Part shown: positions 12,638-27,156 of the stretch, one piece after another
Position numbering within the stretch: position 1 is the stretch's first letter
Layout: the number at the start of each line of letters is the position of its first letter
From: Pseudovirgaria hyperparasitica
Lineage: Eukaryota
DNA length: 64,000 nucleotides
Direction: 5' to 3' (one strand)
Assembly: GCA_010093815.1 (NCBI GenBank)
Contig: ML996576.1
Made by a program: the position numbers and the translations under genes
Notes under the pieces: model-generated
Database searches by the model: none
Seen by the model: the letters and a program-made list of their open reading frames with translations, nothing else
Told to the model about the DNA's origin: nothing

Positions 12638-15600
12638 CTAAACCGCCTCTCCCGAACCATCTATGATGGCAAGACGCTGTTTGATTGTCTTCGCCTTTTT
12701 CGACATTCCACCCTTTCTTCGTCCTTTGCCTGGTGCTTCCACTGCGGGCACAGGTGTCGCAGCGCCAGAAGGCTTATTACTGCCATCATCGAAGTGACCC
12801 TCACCTACAAGGTAATCAGTATTTTACTGCTGTGGGACATTGGCAAAATTGCACAACTTACCTTCGTGGTACATCTCGTCTAGACTAACATCTGCCTTCC
12901 GCTTGGCCATCTTCTTTCGCTTACCCGGAGGCGCAGCCGCTTCAGCAGCCGCAAGTTCGGCCTCGCGCTTCTCAATCTCAGCCGCCTGGTCATCATCTGC
13001 AAGCCACATGGCCATGTCTTTCGTTCGGTTCTCACGAGACCTGGTGTTGAAGTCGACGCCAGCGCCAGCACCACCTGATATGACGACGCGTTGAACCTCT
13101 TCTTTCTGGAGTGCGCGTTTGCGTATACGCTCCTCGATAGTGCCCTTTGTAATGAGCCTGTAAACAGTGACTTGCCTCGTTTGTCCGAGACGATGAGCGC
13201 GATCCATAGCCTGGCTATCGATAGTAGGATTCCAGTCGGAGTCGTAGAAAATAACGGTATCGGCGGATGTTAGATTGATACCAAGACCTCCGGCACGAGT
13301 AGAGAGGAGGAACACAAATATTTCCGGCCGACTTTGGAAATCTGACACGGTATCTCGACGGTCCTCCAGCTTCGTGGATCCATCGAGCCGGCAATACTTG
13401 TAGCCGCGGTAGGTCAAGTATTCTTCCATCAAATCAATCATACGCGTCATTTGGAAATACAGAAGCACACGGTGATCACCAGCTTTTAGTTCCTTGAGCA
13501 ATTGGTCCAGCTTAGCAAGTTTTCCAGAATCTGACACGAAGCGTCGCATCGACGGAACTTCGATGTGGGTATAGCCGGACTTGTTTGACGTGGGCGCCGG
13601 TAACATCTCATTTGGTGCCATAAGAGCAGTAGTCTTCTTAGCCTCTAATAAGAGTTCCTCGGTTTTCTCTGATATGCCGAAGAGATTTTGCCGGACATTG
13701 ATGTTGAAAAAATCTCTCTGGTTCTCTACGATGGTACCCTGGCTCGCGCAGTAAAGCTCGACCGGTGGTGCGCAGGCGGCTGGCCTGGAGTTCAACTCGA
13801 TTGTGCTCAGACCAGTGTCATCAAATGCAGATCGGTAGACGTTTAACAAGTTATCCATTCGTCCTTCGGGAGTGATCTCAGCAAGAGGCCTACGATCAGC
13901 TCTCTCGACGATGTTTAGCAATGCATGTCGGGGTGTGAAGCCTGCGTCTTCTCCTTCATCATAAACCACAGCTAGTCGACCAAGCTGTCTGTTCTTATTG
14001 CGAGCTGAGACAGCTCGACTGAAGACATCACTGCGAGCAATCTGAGCGACTTCGCTAGCCGATGCATCGACAAATTGCAACCAAGAGAATGCAGCGTTGT
14101 CCCCCGAGCTCTGGACTATATGGTCAGGTGTCCAAACGTTCATCAGGTGGTGCAGGTAGCGGTTTCTCCACCCGGCTTTATTGTTGTCCGGTCCTGGTAG
14201 ATGTATCCGCCCGCCATCCCGACCAACAAGGCGTGGAACACGGTACTCGATGAGGTTTCGAACAGAATACGCTACATTGACATTATGTCCTTCGCGCATG
14301 AAAGATGCAGTTTCGGCAAAGAACGAGAATGAAAACGGCGAGGTTGTTTCCGCTCGTTCAAACAAATCGGGATGATTGCAGACCTTGCGAAATTGCATGA
14401 CCAAGTTCATGAGCGTAGCACTGTCCTGCTCATCGCCGACGGCCTTTTCAATAAGATCCATGATGCTGATCTTGTTCCGCAGGTTTGTGTAGTAGGCGCG
14501 TTGTCGATGAGTGAGATCGCAGAAGACGTCTAGTTCGATTTTGTCTCCAAGCTCTTTCTGTACATGTTTCTTGATGCGACGCAACATAAAAGGCTTCAAG
14601 ATCATATGTAGGCGTCTCAACTGATCCTCGTTGAGCTTCGTGTTGCTCTGGGCATGACTCTCAATATCCTTTGAAAACCAATCGCTGAACTCGTCGTGTG
14701 AATCGAACAGACTCGGCATGATAAAATGGAGTAAGGCCCACAGCTCCTGCATGTTGTTCTGGATTGGAGTACCAGTTAAAAGTAGGCGATTACGGCAATG
14801 GAAGCCTAGTAAGCTTTTCCATCTAGAGCTCTGCGATGACTTGATGGCCTGTGCCTCGTCCAGAATCATGTATTGCCATCGGATCTTCTGGAAATATTGT
14901 GCATCCTGTACGACAAGTTGATATGATGTGACCAGTACGTGAAATGGTGAGTCTTTCGTGTAGGTGATATGCTTGCGGTCCCAGAACTTGCGCAGAATCT
15001 TCCGGTCTTTTGCATTACCCCAATAGGGAAGCACTTTGACGTCGGGCACAAACCGCGTGATTTCTTGTTGCCAGTTGTGCAGTGTGGAAGCCGGCGCGAT
15101 GACGAGGAAAGGTCCCCAGATGTTATGGACTTCGGCGAGATACGCCATAACTGATATCGATTGGACCGTCTTACCAAGACCCATCTCATCTGCAAGAATA
15201 CCGTTGATACCTTGCTCGTACAAGTTGACAAGCCAGTTAAGCCCTTTCAATTGGTACTCTTTGAGCTGACAGTTGAGAAGTTTCGGCTGAGCTATGTCCA
15301 CGTCGCCCAGGCTAGTCGGGTTCTGGAAGTTCATTTCGCCTTCATCGTCAAAGTTGGCCTCCTGCTGCCCTTCGTTGTTGAATGCACGAGCACGGTCTTT
15401 CGCCTCCTTGACTGCATTTTGAGCATTAGCCATAGCGGCCTGTCGGAGCGCGGTCTCGTCTTCAGCGTCGAAGTCGAGATCCTCGAAGTTGGTGACTTTT
15501 GCATTTGGGTCAGCAACACTGTCAGGCAAGTCGATTGTATGGGCATCCTTCTTGTCTTCGATCGTTTGTTTCGACACAGCGGCATCATCAGTCGAACGCT

Positions 15601-17714
15601 CGACCTCGTCTGTCTTGACTTTTTTGCCGATGAAATGCGAGTAAAGTTCTGTCTGGGAGATGAGAAAGTTGAGCTTGCGCTTCTGTCGATTGGCCTCCCG
15701 CTCAGCTTCGGCTTTCTTCGCATTTTCGATCTCAGCTCTCTCGGCCAACTTTCTCTGATCGCGCTCGTCCCGCTCGTTGCGCTTCCAGAAGGTGAGCATC
15801 TCTCTCATGCTTCTCTTGGCCCGAGCCTGAACATCTTTCATGCTCTTATTCGTACGCATTTGCCATCTCCGGGCTTCCTTGGAGGCCAGTTGAGCCGTCT
15901 TACGAAGGTTCGATTGTTTCGTTTGAAGGGAGTTATCTTTGATGCGGTAGACCTTAGCAACATCTTTCTTAGAGATGTCTTTCCATATCGATTCGTACAG
16001 CTGATTGTAGACCTTGGAGTCGTACCCGCTGATTGGACCGACTGGCGTGGATGATTCTTCTGTTTGACTTCGCTCATTCTTCAAGGCTTCCAAGCGAGCT
16101 TCTTCGCGAGGAGCGATGACAGGAAGATCGTCACCTCGCTCAATGGCAGCTTGTGCGGCAGCTGCTGCATCTTTCTCGGCTTGCTTCTGTTCCTTGCTCT
16201 TTCGTAGTCGAGAACCGGTACCCTTCCTCCCACCTCGCTTTGATACGCTCGATGGATCATCTGACATTTGGAACGAGCCCATAGTGCCACCCTCTAGATT
16301 AGGTCCATGAGGCGTCATTTCACGGAACTCTTTGCTAGGAGTGCCACCTTGAAGAAGATGAGTAGTTGCTTTGGCCTTCTTTTCGGCCTTCTCGACTTCT
16401 TTGAGGTATTTGGTTCTCTCGGCATCATTTTCGGCCTGCTGTGCTCGAGCAAAAGCTTCATCTCGTTTCTGGGTCTCATTAGCTAACGTCTTCTCGCGTC
16501 GTCGCTTCCTTTGCATGTCCTTCTTTCTTTCCTTCTCTTCGGCTACCTCTTGCTCGCGGACCTCAGCCCAAGCGTCCTCGCCGAAATCGTTGTTGAACTT
16601 TATCCTGGAGGTGGCTGCATGTGCTTCGAAGACGTCGATATATCGTTTGACGCCGGCTGCTCGACGGCGCTGTGGTTTGTTAGCACTTGAAGCCGACAAA
16701 GGAACGTTTGTAGGACTACGAACCTTGCGCTTGCCTGATTCTTGTAGTTCTATGGCCAAGGCACGCTTTAGTCCTCTTTGTTTGTACTCCTCTTTTTCAG
16801 CTTCCCATCCAGGGCCTTCAACGTCACTAAGATCTTTTGAGTCTATCCTCATAAGTTCCAGTTCGACGTCTCTCTCGTCAGGTTGAGGGACATGGACAGG
16901 CGGACGTTGTACCACCGAGTAGGATACGCCGTTGGCCACAGGTTTTTCGGGGCTTCGGGGAAGGACCGCCGTACTTCTACTAACGGGCCGCTCAACTTTA
17001 GGCGAGGTAGCGGCGACATCGGCATATTCTGTTGGAGCTGTGGGAATGGATGTCTTTGAAGGCTTTCGCTGTAGAGACTGAGCTGCAGGTTCCGTATCTG
17101 TACCGGACATAATACTCGAGAGAGACATTGGATCTGCTTTGCGACTTGAAGAAGCCATCTATTATTGCGTTAGTCGTTGTACCGTAAGGAAATTAATGCG
17201 CACGAACCTCTTGAGACGCTTGCCGGCTATGACTGGCTGCAGAGGGCTGGCCTGCAGTATTATTTACAGCTTGATAAACCTTGGGCGAGATGGGGGAATG
17301 CGCAACAGCATCGACGCGAGTTGATGATGGAGTATGGATTGGATGAGGGAGTGCTGATGGATGTGGATGACTTGTGGCAACGGGAGATTGGTATCGATTG
17401 TCGTATTGTGGTCGCGATTCGGCGTAGTTGTAGGGTTCCTGGGCCTATTGTCGCGGGGTTAGCTTTTGTTCAGTGGTTCAGTAGTCGGTACCAAGGAATG
17501 TTACCTGCGGTTGATAGTGAGGCTCATGTCGCGAAGTTGGTCTTACAGGTCTTTCACCGGTATCTGTTGTTGGGTCGTAATAGCGCGAGCCACCGCCTAT
17601 TGAGGTTATTGGAGGTAACGCGTTCGTGTACGCAGAGTGGTGTCGGCTCGTGGGAGAGTAAGACTGGGTTGGCGAATGCGAAGGCGCATCGTTGTAGGCG
17701 GCGTGATTCGACAT
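12638..17714 (-). CDS. INO80: Chromatin-remodelling ATPase Ino80 (DBINO + split SNF2 ATPase); several introns
   Basis: [19 protein letters not shown] (DBINO), [21 protein letters not shown], long insertion between lobes, [11 protein letters not shown]; last exon EGEGHFDD...GEAV*; likely ATG at 17714. Confidence 0.96.
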
Positions 17715-18627
17715 CTTGACGAATGTCACGGCGTGGCAAGCGTAGGGAGATGGTGTCCTTTCAAGATTCCATCTGCTTACTTGAGCGACTGAGGGTGAGA
17801 CGCGGAGCGTGACGTGTGATGGCGGCCAAGCCCGCCGTGATGAGATAGTTGACGGCGATGGTGTTGAGGTTATGGGAGATGGTGATGGAATGAGATGAAA
17901 GATGAAGGATGGTTGGGATCCAAGGTTCAGGTTTGAACTAACGTGGCGTGGCCGGAGGTCGCTTGCGTTGCTCTCACGGATGCTTAAACGTGTATCTCCG
18001 TTTGACACCTGTCGGCGACGGGGAAGTCGATTATATGTATATAGGGTTTTGGGGGGAACAAAGAAGGGATGTAGGAGGCAGGATGGGAACGTCCATTGAA
18101 TCGATGAATCAATATCCGTCACTGGCTCTGGCGTCCAAGCAAAGCCAACTGGTGTGCTCAGCGACAGATCCTCTCCATTCGGTCCAGCCCTGCACAGCGC
18201 GCGACGCCTGAGATACACGCGCACCTATTCTGGGAGTTTGCGGAGAGTCACTATTAATAGGGGATAGGCACATTGGAATTTAATCGCACTGTTTCTGCTC
18301 TCCGACATCTCCGATTGCTATATAGTTCTCTTGTTGTATAAGACAGCTGGTTGATGATGGCTGATTGAGCCCGTGGTCGGTTTTGGTCACGGTAGGTTGG
18401 GTGGTGGGTGGGTCGCAACTGCTCTCCGCTTTCCCCTTGCGCCTGCTTAAAGTTGTCGCATCGCGCTTTCCTACTATTATTTTTCGCGCTAGTCATTTTG
18501 CGGCCTAGCTCGGGAACGGGCGTGTAATCGGAAGCCACCCAGAAAATTACCTCGCCATCGAACCATATCGATCGCCAGGCCAGTTGTGGTGTTGCAGAGT
18601 CGTCTCTTTTTATTTTGATCTAACACA

Positions 18628-19690
18628 ATGGCTGCCGTATACAAGCAGCTCTCCAAGTCAGGCAAGACAGATGGTGCGCGCACTCCCGAGGACAAGAAAA
18701 CTAGGCAGAGGGTGCTGATGCTGAGTTCGCGCGGCGTCACGCATAGGTATGGCGGTGCACTGGATATCGATGTCCAGAAACGATGACTGACAAATCTCAC
18801 AGACACCGCCACCTCATGAACGATTTGTATGCTCTCCTACCTCATAGTCGCAAAGACGCAAAGCTCGACACCAAGACGAAACTCTATCAACTCAACGAAC
18901 TCGCCGAACTGTACAATTGCAACAATGTTCTTTTCTTCGAAGCACGCAAGGGCAAGGATCTGTACGTATGGATGAGTAAAGCTCCCAACGGTCCTACGAT
19001 CAAGATGCACCTTTACAACTGTACGTGTCAAAGCCTCCTCATGCAACCTCCTATTTGCACATGATCTAATACCTCCAAGTAAACACCAGCGCCGAACTAC
19101 ACTTCACAGGCAATTGCCTCAAAGGCTCACGTCCTATCCTCTCGTTTTCCTCTGCGTTCGACACGGACCCGCATCTACGTGTCCTCAAAGAACTCTTCTC
19201 GCACATCTTCGGCGTACCAAAGTCCAGTCGCAAAACCAAACCCTTCGTCGACCACGTCATGGGCTTCACCGTGCATGACAATAAAGTATGGATCCGCGTC
19301 TTCCAGATCGGCGAGGCCGAACAGACCAAGGTAGACAAGGCGGCTGCAAAAGCCGCAGCAATTGCGAGTGGAAGTGACAAGGAGAAGAAAAGCAAAGCCA
19401 AGACTGATGAGACAGATATTAGTCTAATCGAGATTGGACCTAGATTTGTCCTCACGCCGATCGTGATCTTGCAAGGTAGTTTCGGTGGGCCAGTGATCTA
19501 CGAGAACAAGGAGTTTGTGAGTCCCAACCAGGTGCGCTCAGAGCTGCGACTGGGCAAGGCTGCAAAGTTGAGAAGGAGGACACAACAGGCGACAGAGAAG
19601 ACGCTCAAGCGTGGCGAACTGGGCTTGAATACAGACGGTGGGAAGAAGAAGCCGAGAGATGCCCTGGACAATCGTGTACTGTTTGCTTGA
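18628..19690 (+). CDS. BRX1: Ribosome biogenesis protein Brx1 (Brix domain); 2 introns
   Basis: MAAVYKQLSK, RQRVLMLSSRGVTH|RHRHLMNDL, LAELYNCNNVLFFEARK, EIGPRFVLTPIVILQGSFGG. Confidence 0.95.
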
Positions 19691-19933
19691 AAAATGTTCT
19701 GATATCCCGGATTCTTGCTGTTGGCTGCATTTTATGGTGTTTGGCGCTGAACAGTAGTGTGTCACAAAAAGTTTATAGAGTTCTGGAAGACTCAGCAGCG
19801 CCAATGTCGGTGTCATATCGAACAGTGTGACCCTGTATAGCAGTATAGATCCTACTTTTGCCCAAGATCACCTATCGCCATATTTATGAACTCCATGCTA
19901 TGCTGTGCAAAATGAAAAGAATCAAGAGTTTGC

Positions 19934-22900
19934 CTACTCATCATCTGAGGCTGCTCCATTAGCCGTTGCCTCTCCCATAGCAACATCCTCGTCCTCGTCT
20001 TCCTCGTCGTCCACCACTCTTGCTACCTTTCTCGGCTTCACGGGGGCAGCGATATCATCGCCAGAACCTTCCGCCCCGCCCCGGTTCTCTGCCGGTGCAT
20101 CGCCCTCGGTATCGCTATCAACCACAACTTCATCAGATTTGAACTTGCCTGCCTTCCCGCTCTTCGGTACAAGCTTCCTTTTCTTCTTTTTTCGCGGCGC
20201 CTCATCTCCGCTATCCGCTCCCGATAATTCATCACCAGGCGTCCTGCTCCGCGGCCTTCTTTTCGGTCTACGCTCCTCTCCACTGCTGGCCTCGTTCTCT
20301 GTATTGATCTCGCTGCTATCGCCCTTCTTCTTGCGCTTGGAGCGCCCCTTCCCCCTCGCGGCACGATCTGCTTTACGTGCTTCTTCCTCCGCTTGATCTT
20401 CCTTGCGACGACGATCATCCTCGATACGTTTGGCTGCTAACTCGCGATCGAGATTCTCGATCCGCTGGCGTTCTTCGGCGATTTTGCGACGCTGCTCCGC
20501 CGCCACCTCTTCCTTCCTCCGCTTCTCGTCCTCGCGCTTCTTGATTTCCGCTTCACGTGCTTGGCGCGCAGACTGGAGACGCGCAGCGTTCTTCTCTTCA
20601 TATTCTTTCTGATTTTGGACGGCGCGCTCAAGTTGTTTGCGCATAGTGTTGCGTCCCATATTGGCGCGGGCTTCGATGTCACTCTTCGGAAAGGGTGGGT
20701 TCGGCCCATTCGCAATGGTGGTGAAGGAGGCGATGGCTTCATCGAGGTCGGAGGCAGCAGTCTGTACGTCTTGTAGGCTTCGTTCAGATTCAGGAGTGGT
20801 ATATATGAGTTGCGCGATCTGTATTTGAACGAAGGCGATATTGAAGCGGTAAAAGGACTGGTCAGGGTTGTTGTTGACCTCAAGAGCCTGGTATAGTTAG
20901 TCGTGCAGTCCTCTGGGAAGCCAAAAGTACGAACCGTTCTGGAGTATTCAAGCGCCGACTTCATCGCTTCAAGGCTTTTCTCTTGTTTGCCCCTTGTGAG
21001 CCACACACGGCCAAGGCACGCGAGAAGTTGTGGGTCCCGTCCCTTGTCTTTGTTCAGAGCGATCTCATAGTTCTCGATTGCGCGCGTATATTGCTTCAAC
21101 TCGCAATATACATGCCCGAGATTGATGAATACACTCGCCTCCTTCATGGTCTCTCGGACTTTGGTGAAAATTTGTACTGCATTGTTGAGGTCTTTCCGGT
21201 CTTCTACGAGAGCGATAGCGATTCCTTGAGCAGCGTATGCATTCTTAGGATCCAGCTGTAGAGCTTTGTCAAAGAATTCCACGGCCTTCTCGTACATTTT
21301 GCGTCGCTTGTCTTTATCTTGCTCAGTGTCTCTGCGCATCTCTCTCGCAATCGTCAAGTATATGTTACCCATTCCTACTAGTGAATATCTATCATGTTTC
21401 TCGTGGTTTTGTAGAGTATGTCGGTAATGTCTTTGCTCCTGATCCTCTCCAATATTCGCCGTACGTCTCTTCGATCCGTTGAGGTAAAACCCATAGAGCG
21501 CACGAACTTCCAGGTTAGACGGCTCAGCCTGGAATAGCCTCTGCACTGCTTTCGGTCCATCTCCAGTACCATCTTGCTTCAAGTTTATGTATGCAAGGCG
21601 CGTTATCGCATCTGTGTAGTCTCCGTGTCGCTCGAGCAGACCCTCGTACACCCGTTTAGCCTCATCGGGCATCCCCTCAGCCTCGTAAGTGCGAGCAAGA
21701 TTGTAGCTTATTGTTGTTACAAGCGCATCTGAATCGACGGATGGGTCTTTGTCGCCGACCTTTACGCAGGCGGTAAGCGCTGTCTGGAACAGTTCCCGGG
21801 CCTGAGTATATTTCTCTGCTTGATAATGAAAACATGCCATGTTGTTCAGGAGTTGTGGCGGTAGAAGTTCGCGAAGAAGGGTTTTCAATTGCGCAGCGTC
21901 ATTGACGTCCTCTGGTCGCTCATCAGCTGGAATGTCGTCGATAAGCATCTCCTCAACTAGCTGGAGGCACTGAAGACTCTTCTCGGGAGATTCTAATTCG
22001 TATAATCGAGCTAAATTCAGCAGAACCATATAATCAGGTTCAATTTTCTTCTTCGGATCTTTCCACGCCGCCCTGGCGCCCTCGAGTAGGCCTATAGCCT
22101 TCTTGATTTCTGTAGATTTGTCTTCTTTCGAATTCGCCGATTGCGAGGCAAATACATCCTCGGCAAAGAGAGTTCCGAGAAGAACCATAGCTTCGACGCT
22201 TTTGCTGTGCTGTACAATCTTCTCAAGTCGAAACTTAGCGCCATCAAAGTCTTGCATAAGAACTTTTATCTGAGCTGCTCCAAATTTCGCTGGTAAATAT
22301 CCTCTCTCATCTCCTCCCCTAGCTTGGTCAGCCTTGGAGTAATATTCATTGGCTTTTGCTAAGTTGTCAGCATAGTGTTCTTTCCTCGCAAGAAGATACC
22401 AGCCGTCACTAGCGATTGCATGAATGTCCGTCAGGTCAATGGCTCTTCGTGCGAGCTTCTCGACATGTCCCATAGTCTTTGTTACCAAAAAATGGGACCC
22501 GAATGCAACGCAAGACAACGGGTACCTCTCGTCGAGTTTAAATGCTCTCTGAACGTATTCGGTGACGGCTTTCTTGTACGATGTTTGGAATTTGGCATCT
22601 TTCGGAGAGAATTGTGCGCTGGTGTAGAGGTAGTAGAGTCCAAGTAAAATCTTTGCTACTTTCGATGATGGATTCTTCACATGTCAATATAGATCCGTCG
22701 TACATCGAACAAGTTAATAATCTTACCAGGTCCAACGCTCGCGTCCATGCCCCTTTCGCGTCATCCTTGTGTCCAAGCTCCCAGAAACAACATCCAATAC
22801 CAATGCGAGGATCCGGATCGATCAGCTCCGGCGACCTAGAAAGCACCATTTGATAGAGCTCCAAGGCTTCGCCTGGTTTCCCTAGAGCAAATTGAACTCG

Positions 22901-23612
22901 CGCTTTACCGAGCAAAGCCATGACGTTTTTGCCGCTCGAGGACCGGATTGCATCCTCGAAACATTTCGCTGCCTGTCTAAGAGTGTCTACCTTCTCGCTG
23001 GCCTGAGTTCCCGCCCGTGAGGGGGGCGTCAGAGAGGCTTTCAGTAGATAAAGAACACCACGAGCTAGAAAAAGTGGTGAGTAGGACGGACTGATTTTCG
23101 ATGCTTCGTTCAAGGCGTGAGTAGCAAATTGAATATAGCTGTCTTTGGTCCTGACATCAGCGTCTGCGCCGTCTAATGCTGTGTTAGTATGCTTGCAACC
23201 CTTCACCTTAGCGATCTGTCTGACCTGGCCTGACTCGAGGAGAGTCTCTACATTTAAGGAGGTTCATCCAGCACAGCGCGTTCAGTAGCGCCAGACGGTC
23301 CTCCAAACTTCCACGGCTCAGCGCACTCAGACCTGTTGTGAGGACCTGTATTGCGACTTCTACTTTCTTGTGTTTGGCATACCCTAATGCCACTGCCATC
23401 CACATGTTTTTGGCCGCCTCTTCATTCTCAAGCAAGGTGCACAATTCTGTTGGATCATCTTGAATATCTTCGTCCAAAGGAACTTCCACATCTATAGTAT
23501 CGTCATTCTCTGAGACTGAGACGAACACAGCCTTGGGAACATCTGCGAATCTTTTTGTGCTTCTGTGGCCGTTCACGCCGTTCGTTGGCGCGTCTCGACT
23601 TGCGGAGGCCAT
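19934..23612 (-). CDS. CTR9: PAF1 complex TPR subunit Ctr9; about 3 introns
   Basis: Long TPR array (DPRIGIGCCFWELG, YNLARTYE, KALQLDPKNAYAAQGIAIAL); charged C-terminus ending GKFKSDEVVVDSD. Confidence 0.9.
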
Positions 23613-23990
23613 GGAGCCCAAGAGTGAAGGGAAGTGGAATCCTTTGTAACGACACTTTAGGTGAGCATTAGCCGAGATGTACGTCGCATTCGGTATTATA
23701 TCCTCGTTTCGAAAGTGCTTGCGAGACCTGGCGGGCAGCCGGTATGAATGAATGGTAGATCATATAAACTTCTTCGCGCAGCGCTCAAGCTCACTGGAGC
23801 GCGACTTGCCAAATGCCAAGGCGCTAAGGTCCGAGCTCAGCCGGAGCTCGAAATGGAAGGGGTGAATAAACCGCAAACCACCACAATAGCCAGCCAGCTA
23901 TCAATAGCACGAGTCTTGCACTTGTCTGTGTTGAGTCCTATTGATGGGCCTTTTACTACGTGTATTCCATGAACCGCTCGTTGTATCGAA

Positions 23991-25754
23991 CTACACATCG
24001 ACCAAGCAGCAGCTATCCACTGCACCAAAGCCCGCGGCGACACCTCCTTCTCCACTCTGATCACCTTTCGTCCTCAATAAGTATCCAGCTTCCCAGTTTT
24101 CTAGCACACGTCCCTTAGGTTCTTCGTCTGTCGAGCTCTCCCATAAGCAGACTCCGTAGACACCTAGTTCGCATATTACGCCGCCCCTTTGTAATTCCCC
24201 ATTTCGAATGATGATATTGTCTTGCGGAGGCGGCTCTATCATCTCCATCAATATATGCGCCGGCCAATGTGACTCGGGTATCCCCTTCAAGAACTCTGGA
24301 ATGGCTTTGCGATACACATTGTTGCCTCCACCTTCCCTCTGTGGTTTTAGAACGAGACGTTGAGCCCGCTCCGTATTTAGGGCCAGGGACCGCGCCTCGA
24401 GTCCAGCCTGAGATTTGTCCAAAGGATAGATCGGCGCAAATGTATCAAGTAGCCTGGGGATGTCATCTTTCAGAGCGAATCTTTCAAGGTGCGGGGAGTG
24501 AGGTGTTGCAAGGACCTGCTGAACCTTCTTGCATCCGGCAAGATGGGTCAATATGCTGGGACACTTGATAGCTCGGCTTCTTTCGAGGTGCAGTCTTGCA
24601 TCCCACTCTGTTCCCGACAGATAGTCGTCGGGTGAATATCCAGCGCGGAGATACACTGTTGTCACTTCCCATTGGATATCTGAGGCATGTGGTGAGGTGT
24701 ATAGCAGCGTTTTGTCGTCATTGAGATGGGTCTCTTCGAGTACACGCGCGAAAGGGAGTCTGAAAGCTCTGACACCGTGTGCCTCCAAGAGCTCGTATTC
24801 CAAATGTCGCTGATCAAAGACATTACGCTCCGGTTCTTGAACTAAGAAAATGATGCATAAATTCTTGTCACTCTTAGACGGTCCATACGCCGTATGTGCT
24901 GCTACGAGACCGCGCGTGAGTGACGCGATGGCCTGACTTTGCGGTATGGACGATTCGGTGAAGCTTGAACCATCTTTGTTAGCAGGGTAAGCGCCAGTCC
25001 GGAGAAGATATCTGTGTAGAGTTGAAACTTTGGACGATAATCCGCCGAAAGATGACGCTATCGTGTTGAATTCAACTTGCTTCAAGCCGACATTGCGACT
25101 ATTTTCCAATTCTTCCACATGCACCATGTAGTCTGAGCGAAACAGACCGAGAGTCAGAGACTGCTTATAGTCAACACCGTGATTGACTGTTTGAAGCCAA
25201 ATTACAGACCTGAGTGTAACCCTCCTGTTTGACCGTCATGTGCACTTCCCATAGCTTTGTAATAAAATCGTCTATACCGACTAGCCTTCGAGGACATGTC
25301 AGTGATTCCGTGTGGTAGGAATAAAATCTCAACGCTGTTACTTGTTCTTAGATGAAACGACTTTGACCAGGCATTTCCAACATATGTCCAGGAACAAATA
25401 GTGGCATGTCGAATACATCTCTGTGCATAGTGTTCTCTGGAGCTTATCTTACTCTTGTACAATAGATCCCAGCCAGTCTTCGTCCCTCGCAATAGCTGAG
25501 TACAACCGATTATAGGCGGTTTGGATACTTCGCCCTTGCTCAAAGCATGACCGCGGGAACAGACTTGGGAATATTGTTACTGGTGCTGTTGTTGCTAGCA
25601 CGCCAGACGGATCTACAGTCGCGCTTATGAAGGCCGACTGCGGTCTTACGGCGAGTCCATGAGCGATCGACCAATCTTTGATGTTAGTGAGTAGATACGA
25701 AGTCTGCGTGTCGTCAAGTGCTGGTGGGTATTTCGGGAATATGGGCGATTTCAT
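23991..25754 (-). CDS. GSH2: Glutathione synthetase (eukaryotic type); 2 introns
   Basis: APVTIFPSLFPR, LGLFRSDYM, LKQVEFNTIASSFGGL, VLKPQREGGGNN, EGGVAAGFG. Confidence 0.95.
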
Positions 25755-27156
25755 CGATGCAGTGATGATATATGGAATCAGAATAATGCTCGATGTCTTG
25801 GTCTAGGGAGGATGCAAAAGATATTTTGCAGGTAGAGGCTTCGCAGGCAGGGAGGTCTATCACAACATGTATTAATTAATACAATTCTGGGGATGCTTGG
25901 CGACCGGCGGACCGACCGAGGACCTGACGGGTCATAAATCGGATTTACATCGGATCAGCTTCGTATTAGCTAATCAAAGGGCAACCTCACCCTCACCTCG
26001 TAAGCATCGACATCAAGCCGCGGTGCTGATCACAGTATTGATACACTCCAGAATATTACCCTTATCTCTAGTATATTCCATTCCTCGCTACAGATATAGC
26101 GATGAGTGCTGCTGACAAGGACAAGAGTTCAATTGAGTAAATCTGACAACTCTTTACATAACACGACTCACATCGCTTTAGTAGAAGGTCCCCGTGTCAT
26201 GAAAATGCACACTGACCCGTCATCATTTAAAAATATTGACTGTACTCACTAATCTAGACATAAGGCTTGTGATGACCGATATGATCAAAACAGTTGGCAT
26301 GGATTATGTAGCCATACCTACCTACCCACCAGGTAGAGTAAAAGGTCTTGGCAAATACACTCACCAAAGACAAAAGATTTATTGAGAAACAACATACCGA
26401 AGGGCAGATCCAAGGCCGGGGGTTCGTACTCTCTCGATCCCCTACGACCGCCTGGCCGAATATAAGTATCTATTGGTCCTCTGACCGATGATCACCCAGC
26501 TTTTACATTGAATATAAATTGCCTACATGACGGACCATAAGGCTTATCGTACATATCTGATCCGCCTCTGGCCTAGAGTAGCTCGGGAACACATGTAACG
26601 ACGTACCCGGGTACTAGTAAGGTCTGTCGATTCTAAATCAGTTGCCCTTTGCGTATCTTCGAGCCTTTCTAACGCTCTTATAGGCACCCCTCGAAAGCTC
26701 TCACATTCAGATTTTGCTTCTACACACTCTGGTTGGCTTTTTAATATATATACATATTTACTGCAAATCAATGATCGCATGAACTCTGTTCCATCGCTCA
26801 TACAAGAAGGGACCAATCACGCAATTGGGTGTAAACGCTCCATCAGAGAGAGGCTACGCCTTAGGGTATCACGATATGCAGCCTCGCTAAGTGAATGCGC
26901 ACAGTGGCGACTCAAATAAGGATGCTTGGGCCTTTGTTTGTGTCGCCATTCGCTGACTGTGGTCGCCGGGAAGATAAAAGTGGAGCAAGTGAATTCGCAA
27001 GCGCAGGGACCTTGACAGATTACGAGCCCCGCCCTTGTGCCGTTGTTTACTTGCTCATATCTGATTCTTGCTCTCTTTACCTCTTTCTCTCACAGTAAAG
27101 TCAACTCCTGAGTCTGTCTCTTTTGCAGCTTTCAGTGTCCAACCTCGCACGAACAC

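Noticed and set aside
15161..16054. 297-aa plus-strand ORF, and other long antisense ORFs within genes
   Set aside because: Antisense shadows of INO80 and other well-supported coding sequences
26400..26445. GGGGGTTCGTACTCTC resembling a tRNA T-arm
   Set aside because: No D-arm, anticodon arm or acceptor stem can be built
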